A stretch of DNA of 64,000 bases, taken from assembly GCA_019634005.1 (NCBI GenBank), contig JAHQWD010000003.1, positions 304,539-368,538 on the forward strand, given 5' to 3'. Position 1 is the stretch's first letter, and each line of letters starts with the position of its first letter. Below the pieces are notes generated by a model that searched no databases, was not told the origin of the DNA, and was given only the letters and a program-made list of their open reading frames with translations. The translations under genes were made by a program, and so were the position numbers. This DNA is from Candidatus Kaiserbacteria bacterium. Its GTDB lineage: Bacteria; Patescibacteriota; Minisyncoccia; Phycocordibacterales; UBA918. Shown here one piece after another: positions 1 through 8,095 of the stretch.

Positions 1-420
1 GACCGCGCGCCACTTGGTGAATCGCGCCCCGAGCGCATAGTATTCCTTTAGACGGTCTGCAAGATCATCAAGTCCTTGGGTGACCACCTCCCCAGAGAAT
101 CCTTCAAGTGGACGTGTCCCTTTATCTACTTTTATCCCTGGAATGATACCGCGCGCGGCAAGTACATCAGGGAATGGAATGCCATCATCCGTCGTGTTGC
201 GAATACTAGAATCATACATAATGACTCCGGAAAGGAATTCTTCAATACCAGGTGCAGTGAATAAGATCTCTCTAAAATCTTGTCGATTCTCTGGTTCGTT
301 CGGTAAATTAACTGTGTCTAGTCGCTTACCCACCGTTCCAATACTTTCATCTGCAGCAAGGATACCCTTCCCCTCCTGCATCAGTTGCTTCACGGTTACA
401 TAGAGATCTTCATGTGCCAT
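1..420 (-). CDS. Class I fructose-bisphosphate aldolase (partial, runs off the window start)
   Basis: Not in the ORF track. The reverse strand from ATG at 420 reads MAHEDLYVTVKQLMQEGKGILAADES...GIIPGIKVDKG...QGLDDLADRLKEYYALGARFTKWRAV, matching class I aldolase motifs (GILAADES, GIKVDKG, KWRAV). Confidence 0.93.
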   Translation of the reverse strand, partial: MAHEDLYVTVKQLMQEGKGILAADESIGTVGKRLDTVNLPNEPENRQDFREILFTAPGIEEFLSGVIMYDSSIRNTTDDGIPFPDVLAARGIIPGIKVDKGTRPLEGFSGEVVTQGLDDLADRLKEYYALGARFTKWRAV

Positions 421-441
421 ATAGAAAAGTGTATCACAGTG

Positions 442-1119
442 TTATTCTCCCCGAGATTCCCTTCGGTGTGTAATGACCGCGCGAACAATCTCATAGAGAA
501 GCCAGAGTACTGCTGCAATGATCACAAACTTAAACCCAACGATGGTAAGTGCCGCTTCTCCAAGAGAATATACAAGCACTCCCCAGAACGTATTCCAGAG
601 AATAAGTGCTCCAAGTGCCATCAACGCAAAAGATCGGAGCGGGAGATGGAGAATTCCTGCTGCAGTTGCGGTTAAGGCAGAAAAAGCTGGATTCCAGAAG
701 GTGGCAAGTATATAGCGCCATCCACGAGCCTCTAGTCTTTCTCGTGTTTCATTAATACTCTCTCCAAGTCCAAACCGTGTAAGCAAGCGATACCATCCGT
801 ATCGTCCAAGGAGATAGTCGATAATATAGGCCGTATAGAGTCCTAGAGTCACAAATACCACCGCCTTCACTGCGGCAAGCGGACTCCCCGCAAGCGCAAC
901 AGAGAGAAATATGACGAGACTGCCAGGGAAATAAAAGCCAATGAAGAGGAGTCCCTCAAGGAGTGATCCAAGGTATATAACAATCGGCCCGTACGTTTGA
1001 AAGGCGTCACCGATCATACGCTTAAGCTCATAGTCTGGCGGAAGATCAAGGAGATACCACCCACCAATAAGTACGCCCATTGCAATAAGAAAATAGAGTG
1101 CTGTCTTTATATTTCTCAT
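442..1119 (-). CDS. DedA/SNARE-associated family membrane protein
   Basis: Hydrophobic ORF with DedA motifs EGLLFIGFYFPGS and YLLGRYG. Start placed at ATG 1119, just after the upstream permease stop. Confidence 0.8.
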   Translation of the reverse strand: MRNIKTALYFLIAMGVLIGGWYLLDLPPDYELKRMIGDAFQTYGPIVIYLGSLLEGLLFIGFYFPGSLVIFLSVALAGSPLAAVKAVVFVTLGLYTAYIIDYLLGRYGWYRLLTRFGLGESINETRERLEARGWRYILATFWNPAFSALTATAAGILHLPLRSFALMALGALILWNTFWGVLVYSLGEAALTIVGFKFVIIAAVLWLLYEIVRAVITHRRESRGE

Positions 1120-1120
1120 A

Positions 1121-1888
1121 CTATGCACGAATACGCCATCCTATCTTAAATACATAGGTCACTAAGATCGCAAGCCCGATAAGGAGCCCAAGAATCACTA
1201 ACACGCCAATACCCGTGTTCGCCTCAGAGATACCAATCATAGAACTTCGGATTCCATCCACAAAATAAAAGAATGGATTGAGACGTGTCAGAAACTGCAC
1301 AGTCTCTGGAAGCATAGAGATAGAATAGAAAATACCTCCAAGATACGTCAGTGGCGTAATTACAAAGGTGTTTAGCACAGTGAGCTGCTCAAAACTCTGC
1401 GCCCAGAGCGCAACAAACATACCGAGAAGTGCAAAGATACCAGAGACAGTTGCGACGTAGAAGAGAAACGCAAGTGGGTTTGCGAGCGTCACCGCTCCAA
1501 AGAAGAGGCCAACGATCATAATGAGGATTGCAACTAACACCCCACGAAGTACTGCCCCAAACATGTACCCAAACATCATGCCTGCGTAAGAGAACGGGGC
1601 AACCAGAATCTCTTCAACACCACGCGTAAAGCGAGCGAAGTAGAGAGAGCTGGAGCTTGAGGCAAACGCCGCTCCGATGATGTTTAACATCAAGATCCCT
1701 GGGAATACAAAGGTGATATAGGATACCCCTGCCACCTCTTGAATGTTTGAGCCAATGACGTATCCAAAAATAAAGATATACAGTGCCGCAGAAATGACGG
1801 GCGAAAGCAAGGTCTGTGTTGCCACCCGAAACGTGCGCTCAATCTCCCGTCGCACCATGGTGTAGATTCCGATCCAATTTACTCGCAT
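1121..1888 (-). CDS. ABC-2 type transporter permease (YadH-like)
   Basis: About 6 TM segments with YITFVFPGILM, TPLTYLGGIFYS and NPFFYFVDGIR. Adjacent to an ABC ATPase. Confidence 0.9.
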   Translation of the reverse strand: MRVNWIGIYTMVRREIERTFRVATQTLLSPVISAALYIFIFGYVIGSNIQEVAGVSYITFVFPGILMLNIIGAAFASSSSSLYFARFTRGVEEILVAPFSYAGMMFGYMFGAVLRGVLVAILIMIVGLFFGAVTLANPLAFLFYVATVSGIFALLGMFVALWAQSFEQLTVLNTFVITPLTYLGGIFYSISMLPETVQFLTRLNPFFYFVDGIRSSMIGISEANTGIGVLVILGLLIGLAILVTYVFKIGWRIRA

Positions 1889-1889
1889 A

Positions 1890-2627
1890 TTAGTCTGTAT
1901 CTCCTTTAGTAATTGCTAAATAACTCTGTTCAAGAGAACTTCCGTCCTTTACAAACTCCTCCTTGCTTCCTTGCGCAACAATCTTCCCGTGGTTGATAAT
2001 TGCAATCTCATCACAGAGCGCCTCAACCTCTTCAAGATAGTGAGAGGTTAAAATAATGGTCTTCCCATTTTTGTTCATCTCTCGTAGATACTCCCAGAGA
2101 TCATGCCGTTGCTCCACATCCACTCCTGCAGTCGGCTCATCGAGAATAAGGAGATCTGGTGCATGCATCAATCCACGTGCAAGCATCGCACGACGCTTCA
2201 GTCCTCCTGAGAGCTCCTGAAACTTCTTCTTTCGATGCTCTTGGAGATCAAATCGGGTAAGTAACTCTTCAGCGCGCTCCATACGCTCTGCTTTTGACAT
2301 GCCATAGTACCCACCAACATAATCGAGTAGTTTCTCGACGGGCGCAAAAATATCTACATTAAACTCCTGCGGAGAAAGTCCGACTAATTTCCGTGCCTCT
2401 TTGTACTCTTCCTGCACATCCACACCGTCAATGAGAATCCTTCCTGAGGTAATAGTCGCGATACCTGTAATACAGTGGATGGTACTGGATTTCCCTGCTC
2501 CGTTTGGCCCCAGAAGACCAAAGAAGCTCCCCTTTGGAATGGAGAGTGAGATTCCATCAACCGCAGTCTTCTCTCCATACTTTTTGACCAAGTTTTCAAT
2601 GGTCAGTGCATCGTGTGTTGTATTCAT
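1890..2627 (-). CDS. ABC transporter ATP-binding protein (YadG-like)
   Basis: Walker A GPNGAGKS, signature LSGG, Walker B LLILDEPT and H-loop TSHY. Start placed at MNTTHDAL. Confidence 0.93.
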   Translation of the reverse strand: MNTTHDALTIENLVKKYGEKTAVDGISLSIPKGSFFGLLGPNGAGKSSTIHCITGIATITSGRILIDGVDVQEEYKEARKLVGLSPQEFNVDIFAPVEKLLDYVGGYYGMSKAERMERAEELLTRFDLQEHRKKKFQELSGGLKRRAMLARGLMHAPDLLILDEPTAGVDVEQRHDLWEYLREMNKNGKTIILTSHYLEEVEALCDEIAIINHGKIVAQGSKEEFVKDGSSLEQSYLAITKGDTD

Positions 2628-2653
2628 GAGGCGTACAGTATACCATTCCACTC

Positions 2654-3355
2654 ATGGAGAACGAAGGAAAATGGCTTCTGGAGGAGAAATACAATGGAGT
2701 TCCGACTCCAGAGTATGAGCAAGACCTCGCTCGGCTGAAAGCAGGAGAGCCTTTGGCGTACATCATTGGTCACATTCCCTTTCTCGGCACCACTATCTAC
2801 CTAGATTCTCGCCCACTCATTCCCCGCCCTGAGACAGAGTACTGGGTAGAGCAGATCATAAAAGATATGCCAGAGAGTCCCCGTGTCCTTGATCTCTGTG
2901 CAGGATCTGGATGTATTGGCATTGCGGTACAGAGTGCTCGACCGAATGCACAGGTAGACTTTGCAGAGATTGATGAAAGACACCACGAGACGATACGAAA
3001 AAACGGAGGCGAGCAAATCTATGGTGGTGATCTCTTTGAGAACCTCACTCGGAAATATGACTATATTCTCACCAACCCACCATACATAGATCCAGAGATA
3101 GATAGAGCTGAGGAGAGTGTAAAAGCATACGAGCCACACAATGCGCTTTATGGAGGAGAGGATGGAATGGAGCTGATCACTCGTATTATCGAAGAGGCGC
3201 CACACTATCTAAAAGAAGGGGGCACTCTTGTCATTGAGCACGAGCCAGAGCAAGCAGAAGAGATTGCACGACTCGCAACAGAATCTGGCTTTGCGTGTGA
3301 GACAAAAAAAGATCAGTATGGGACATGCCGTTGGTCAATACTCAAAAGAGATTAG
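2654..3355 (+). CDS. prmC: Release factor glutamine methyltransferase PrmC/HemK
   Basis: GEPLAYIIG, LIPRPETE, SAM motif LDLCAGSGCIG and NPPY. Confidence 0.92.
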   Translation: MENEGKWLLEEKYNGVPTPEYEQDLARLKAGEPLAYIIGHIPFLGTTIYLDSRPLIPRPETEYWVEQIIKDMPESPRVLDLCAGSGCIGIAVQSARPNAQVDFAEIDERHHETIRKNGGEQIYGGDLFENLTRKYDYILTNPPYIDPEIDRAEESVKAYEPHNALYGGEDGMELITRIIEEAPHYLKEGGTLVIEHEPEQAEEIARLATESGFACETKKDQYGTCRWSILKRD

Positions 3356-3364
3356 ACTTTGTTC

Positions 3365-3799
3365 CTACCACCCAAACTCAGAGTAATGAATACCATCTTT
3401 GTACGACTCAATCGCCTGCCTTACATAGTCAATAGTATTGTCCGGCAGTTCATCAAGAGGAAACCAGCTAAGGTCATCACACTTATGTGGTTCACAGTTT
3501 GTAACCGCACCCGCATATGATCGAGTTGTCATAAAAAAATCAATACGTTCATCTTTGCGTGCTTTGCGGTGCATTACATGAACCACCTCTAGATCTTTCG
3601 GATCAAGAGTAATACCAATTTCTTCTTGGATCTCTCGGGCACATCCCTGTTTGGCAGTCTCTCCCCCATCAAGATGACCCGCAGGTACTCCATACTCTCC
3701 ATCCTTAAATCCAGTCTGGCATCTTCGTTGTAACAGAATCTTACCCTCTTCTATAAGAAAGAGATACGAGGCTCCTACATACGGAAAGTTTTCTCTCAT
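3365..3799 (-). CDS. NUDIX hydrolase
   Basis: Nudix box GHLDGGETAKQGCAREIQEEIGI plus NCEPHKCDDLSWF. Confidence 0.9.
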   Translation of the reverse strand: MRENFPYVGASYLFLIEEGKILLQRRCQTGFKDGEYGVPAGHLDGGETAKQGCAREIQEEIGITLDPKDLEVVHVMHRKARKDERIDFFMTTRSYAGAVTNCEPHKCDDLSWFPLDELPDNTIDYVRQAIESYKDGIHYSEFGW

Positions 3800-3813
3800 T
3801 TCTAAAGTATACC

Positions 3814-4302
3814 CTACAGCGAACAGAGCATCCCCTCACCACACTGACGAGTAAGCCAATCTTCACACGCCTGCCAACCACCCTGCAATGTTGCCTGTGC
3901 TTTACTCTCTACACTTTGGAAATCTTCTTGGAAGGAGTATGGGACAATGTAGGTATATTCTCTCGCATACCCTCCTTTGATCATCTCCCGATTGAGCAAC
4001 ACATCGTCAGCATAGACATACGCAAGAATACGTCCATACGCATCATATGCGTTTTGTGCGTCATCCATTTGAAGTGTTACAGACTCCCCCACCATCCGTT
4101 CAAGTGTCTGCCTTCCCTCTTCTGCATAACAGTACCCTTCTTCGGGAGCATCGATACCAATGAGGCGAACAGGGACTTCCTTTCCATATCGGGAAACCAC
4201 CAACGTATCTCCATCAATAACACGTGTCACCGTGTAGGTATCATGGATGAAGTAAAAACATCCGAGTGCAAAGATAAAAATGAGCGAGAGTGCGTATTTC
4301 AT
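3814..4302 (-). CDS. Thermonuclease (SNase-like) with N-terminal membrane anchor
   Basis: RVIDGDT, VRLIGIDAPE and DAYGRILAYV, with a hydrophobic N-terminus from MKYALS. Confidence 0.9.
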   Translation of the reverse strand: MKYALSLIFIFALGCFYFIHDTYTVTRVIDGDTLVVSRYGKEVPVRLIGIDAPEEGYCYAEEGRQTLERMVGESVTLQMDDAQNAYDAYGRILAYVYADDVLLNREMIKGGYAREYTYIVPYSFQEDFQSVESKAQATLQGGWQACEDWLTRQCGEGMLCSL

Positions 4303-4357
4303 ATCCGTATGATAGCACGCCTTGCTCAAGAACCTCTTTCTGCGTACAATCTAAAGC

Positions 4358-5638
4358 ATGGCAGATAAAAAACTCTCAACAGACCCCTATAAGGGTGTTC
4401 GTGATTTCTATCCAGAGGACATGGCAATACAGCGGTATATTTTTGATACGTGGAGTCATACCGCAGAATCTTTCGGATACGAGCGCTATGATGCGTCTGT
4501 TTTGGAGCCAGCAGAGCTATATCGTTCAAAGACCAGTGAAGAGATCGTAAATGAACAGACGTATACCTTTACTGATCGCGGCGACCGAGAAGTAACGCTA
4601 CGTCCTGAGATGACTCCAACAGTCGCACGCATGGTTGCAGGAAAAAGACGAGAACTCTCCTTCCCTGTCCGATGGTATTCCATACCGAACCTCTTCCGTT
4701 ACGAGCGTATGCAACGTGGACGCCTACGGGAACACTGGCAGTTAAACTGTGACCTTTTCGGTGTGGATGACTACACTGCAGATGTGGAGATGATCGCACT
4801 TGCGTATCAAACGTTTATTAACTTCGGCGCTGATCCTGAGATGTTTGCTATTCGCGTCAACAACCGCGGCTTCATGGAGGCGCTCTTTAAAGAGTTTGAC
4901 GTCACTGACGTAGACACCGTAGCCGTACTCACACGCTTGATTGATCGCAAAGATAAGATGCCTGCTGACGACTTCAGAGAGGCGCTCGATGACATGATTG
5001 CACCAAGTCGTGTTGAGGAGTTTCTAAAAACCATTGAAGGAAGAGACGAGAGTATTCTCGATACCATTGGTACTGACACCACACTAAAGCAGGTACTCTC
5101 AGGGCTTCGCGAGCTTGGTATTGAGAATGCCTTCTTCAGCCCATCACTCGCTCGTGGTTTTGACTACTACACCGGTACCATCTTTGAGTTCTTCGATGTC
5201 TCAGAAGAGAACAATCGTTCGCTACTCGGTGGTGGTCGCTATGATAACCTTACTGGGCTCTTTGGCGGAGACCCTATCTCTGGTGTGGGATTTGGTATGG
5301 GAGACGTTACCATGAGAGATTTTCTTGAAACACATGATCTCCTCATCGCACCAATCACCTCTCCAACACTCATGATCCTCCCAACAGATGAGTCATTTAA
5401 TTTTGAAGCACAGAGACTTGCACAGCAATTCCGTGCAGAAGGTATCAGTGTCTCTGTGGATGCAACAACAAAGAAGATTGGTAAGAAGGTTGCGTCAGCA
5501 GACAAAGCATTGGTCAGCGCTGTTATTGTCCTTGGAGAAGATGAACTAAAGAGTGGTACCTACACGATGAAGAATCTTCCTGAAGGTACCGAAGAGGCTG
5601 GTACCGTGGAGGAATTACTTGGAAAAATAATTACCTAG
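4358..5638 (+). CDS. hisS: Histidine--tRNA ligase
   Basis: KGVRDF, LRPEMT, RYERMQRGRLREHWQ, ARGFDYYTG and GGGRYD. Confidence 0.97.
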   Translation: MADKKLSTDPYKGVRDFYPEDMAIQRYIFDTWSHTAESFGYERYDASVLEPAELYRSKTSEEIVNEQTYTFTDRGDREVTLRPEMTPTVARMVAGKRRELSFPVRWYSIPNLFRYERMQRGRLREHWQLNCDLFGVDDYTADVEMIALAYQTFINFGADPEMFAIRVNNRGFMEALFKEFDVTDVDTVAVLTRLIDRKDKMPADDFREALDDMIAPSRVEEFLKTIEGRDESILDTIGTDTTLKQVLSGLRELGIENAFFSPSLARGFDYYTGTIFEFFDVSEENNRSLLGGGRYDNLTGLFGGDPISGVGFGMGDVTMRDFLETHDLLIAPITSPTLMILPTDESFNFEAQRLAQQFRAEGISVSVDATTKKIGKKVASADKALVSAVIVLGEDELKSGTYTMKNLPEGTEEAGTVEELLGKIIT

Positions 5639-5642
5639 AAGG

Positions 5643-6218
5643 ATGCGTTACATTGTTTTTGATCTCGAAACCCAAAATGTTTTTCAAGATGTCGAGTCGA
5701 ACGACCCCGCTGCTTTAGATATTTCTGTCGCATCACTCTATGATAGTGAGACTGACTCCTATACCACGGTTGTCGTAGATGATCTCGAACAACTCTGGCC
5801 AATCATTGAACGAGCGGACGCACTTGTCGGATACAACAGTAATCATTTCGATATCCCCCTCCTTAATAAATATTACCCAGGAGACTTAACACAGATTAAA
5901 AGTATTGATCTTCTTGAAGACATCAAAAACTCCCTCGGGAGACGTCTGCGACTTGATTCCGTTGCAGAGGCAACCGTTGGTGCAAAAAAGAGTGGGCACG
6001 GACTTCAGGCGGTACGCTGGTGGCGTGAAGGTAAGATCAAAGAGATCATGAAGTACTGTGAGCAAGATGTTCGCGTGACAAAGAAGGTCTTCGACTATGC
6101 CCGCGAACATGGAAAAGTATTATTCAAAGAAGGACGAAAGAAACGAGAAATACCACTTGATACGGCACACTGGGAGACAAAAGAGGATGTTGCAATGACA
6201 CATTCGTTACCTTTCTAA
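5643..6218 (+). CDS. RNase H-like (DEDD, YprB-like) exonuclease domain protein
   Basis: VFDLET, VGYNSNHFD, IDLL and YCEQDV exonuclease motifs. Confidence 0.8.
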   Translation: MRYIVFDLETQNVFQDVESNDPAALDISVASLYDSETDSYTTVVVDDLEQLWPIIERADALVGYNSNHFDIPLLNKYYPGDLTQIKSIDLLEDIKNSLGRRLRLDSVAEATVGAKKSGHGLQAVRWWREGKIKEIMKYCEQDVRVTKKVFDYAREHGKVLFKEGRKKREIPLDTAHWETKEDVAMTHSLPF

Positions 6219-6223
6219 AAGTG

Positions 6224-6244
6224 AAAGGCGCCCTCGGCGCCTTT
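6224..6244. terminator. Bidirectional intrinsic terminator
   Basis: AAAGGCGCC-CTC-GGCGCCTTT hairpin between convergent genes. Confidence 0.7.
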
Positions 6245-6258
6245 AGATTCTCCTTTCC

Positions 6259-6501
6259 CTATTCACATAACACCGTAATCAATTCCCACTCATCTTCGCA
6301 GAGAAAGACTGTTCCTGACACAACCATTCCCGCAAGACCCGAATCGTCCTCAATCGAAGCTCTCTTCGGCTCCTCAAATGGTTTCTCACCATTACCTTGA
6401 GCTTTGAGTTCTTCAACAGTACGCCTTAGGTGTTCCTCATTCAGGCTGATTGAGGTCTGGGTGCCTTTTGGTGTTTGCCAGTCCTGCATAAGGACTTCCA
6501 T
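6259..6501 (-). CDS. Hypothetical orphan protein (80 aa), SD-led
   Basis: ORF fills the intergenic gap, with GAGGAG upstream of the ATG and a terminator downstream. Confidence 0.6.
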   Translation of the reverse strand: MEVLMQDWQTPKGTQTSISLNEEHLRRTVEELKAQGNGEKPFEEPKRASIEDDSGLAGMVVSGTVFLCEDEWELITVLCE

Positions 6502-6542
6502 CCGACTCTCCTCTTGTTGCTCTGATCGAAACGAACTTCAGC

Positions 6543-7343
6543 CTACCCTAAAAACACAACTGCAACAACTACTCCTGCAACCACAATGCGGTACCAAATG
6601 AATGGCCAGAGTGAGTGATTCTTCACAAAGGAGACCATAAAGTGGATAGCTCCCAGTCCCACCACAAACGCAACCACAGCACCTGCAAGGATCATTCCCC
6701 AATCTGTACCAGACGTACTTCCCAACTCAAGCGCTTTCTTTGCTCCCCCACCAAGAAGCACAGGGATTGCAAGGAGGAATGAGAATCTTGTTGCTTCACT
6801 TCGAGAGAGCCCAAGAATCATACCTCCTGCAATTGCAGATCCAGACCGAGACATACCTGGAATAAGTGCGAGTGTCTGAAAGAATCCCACCTTCAGTCCT
6901 GTCGCCATATCAATACGTCCGTCCCTAAACGACGTGTGGTATGTGTGCTCTGCGTACATGAAGAGCACAGAGCCAAGAACAAGCACTCCTGCCACAAGCA
7001 GTGGATTACGGAAGAGTGTGCCCATAATATCTTCGAGCAAAAGTCCGAATATAACTGCAGGGATTGTTCCGATGATAAGTGCTTTAAAAAGGAGAAGATA
7101 CTTCTGATCCACAGGCTGTCTGCCGAGAAGTCTTAAGAATGTCTGAAATAGCAGAGAGATATCTGCCCAAAAATAGACAATGACCGCTGCGACTGTCGCA
7201 AGATGAAGCATCGCGTCAAACGCCAGCGTCTGGCCGTCACCGAGAACACTTCCAAAGAGAATCAGGTGTCCTGTACTGGAGATTGGTAAGAATTCGGTAA
7301 TACCTTGGACAATACCAAGTATGACTGCATGTGCGGTATCCAT
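6543..7343 (-). CDS. uppP: Undecaprenyl-diphosphate phosphatase
   Basis: GIVQGITEFLPISSTGH and LIPGMSRSG motifs. Confidence 0.95.
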   Translation of the reverse strand: MDTAHAVILGIVQGITEFLPISSTGHLILFGSVLGDGQTLAFDAMLHLATVAAVIVYFWADISLLFQTFLRLLGRQPVDQKYLLLFKALIIGTIPAVIFGLLLEDIMGTLFRNPLLVAGVLVLGSVLFMYAEHTYHTSFRDGRIDMATGLKVGFFQTLALIPGMSRSGSAIAGGMILGLSRSEATRFSFLLAIPVLLGGGAKKALELGSTSGTDWGMILAGAVVAFVVGLGAIHFMVSFVKNHSLWPFIWYRIVVAGVVVAVVFLG

Positions 7344-7399
7344 ATGTGTCTTCCAGTATAGCACCCTATGCTATACTTTCTCTATAATTTTCGTAAATC

Positions 7400-8095
7400 A
7401 TGAAGAGCAATACATCACTCGCAATCCCTATAGCCATTGTTATCGCAGCAGCACTCATCGCTGGATCCCTCTATCTTGCTGGATCACGAGAGCCACTCAC
7501 ACTCGACACAACACCAGAGTCCGACACTGAAGATATTGCTATCAGACCACTTGATGCAAATGATCACATACTTGGAAACCCGAACGCACCAATTCTCCTC
7601 ATAGAATACTCAGACTACGACTGCCCGTACTGTAAGCAGTTCCACGAGACCATGACACAAATCATTGAAGAATATGGAGCAACGGGAGAAGTAGCCTGGG
7701 TCTACCGACACTTCCCGCTTACCTCACTCCATCCAAATGCAATAACGCTTGCTGAGGCGTCAGAATGTGTTGCAGAGCTTGGAGGAAATGAAGCATTTTG
7801 GACATTCTCTGATCTCATCTTTGCCGAACGCGAAGTAAACGCACAAACTGATCTTGAACGTCTCCCAGAGTTTGCCATACGTGCTGGTGTTGATAGTGAC
7901 GCATTTGAGACCTGTCTTGCAAGCGGAAAGTACGCCACTGCAATTCAAGATTCTATCGCTGATGCAGTCGCGACTGGAGGACGAGGAACACCTCATACCA
8001 TTATCGTCGCTGGAGATGAGACTGGAGCTATTAGCGGTGCACAGCCATATACAACGGTCAAAGGGATTATTGAAGACCTCCTCTCTTCACGCTAG
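7400..8095 (+). CDS. DsbA-family thioredoxin-fold protein, membrane anchored
   Basis: N-terminal TM, EYSDYDCPYC, YRHFPL, GTP and GAQPY. Confidence 0.9.
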   Translation: MKSNTSLAIPIAIVIAAALIAGSLYLAGSREPLTLDTTPESDTEDIAIRPLDANDHILGNPNAPILLIEYSDYDCPYCKQFHETMTQIIEEYGATGEVAWVYRHFPLTSLHPNAITLAEASECVAELGGNEAFWTFSDLIFAEREVNAQTDLERLPEFAIRAGVDSDAFETCLASGKYATAIQDSIADAVATGGRGTPHTIIVAGDETGAISGAQPYTTVKGIIEDLLSSR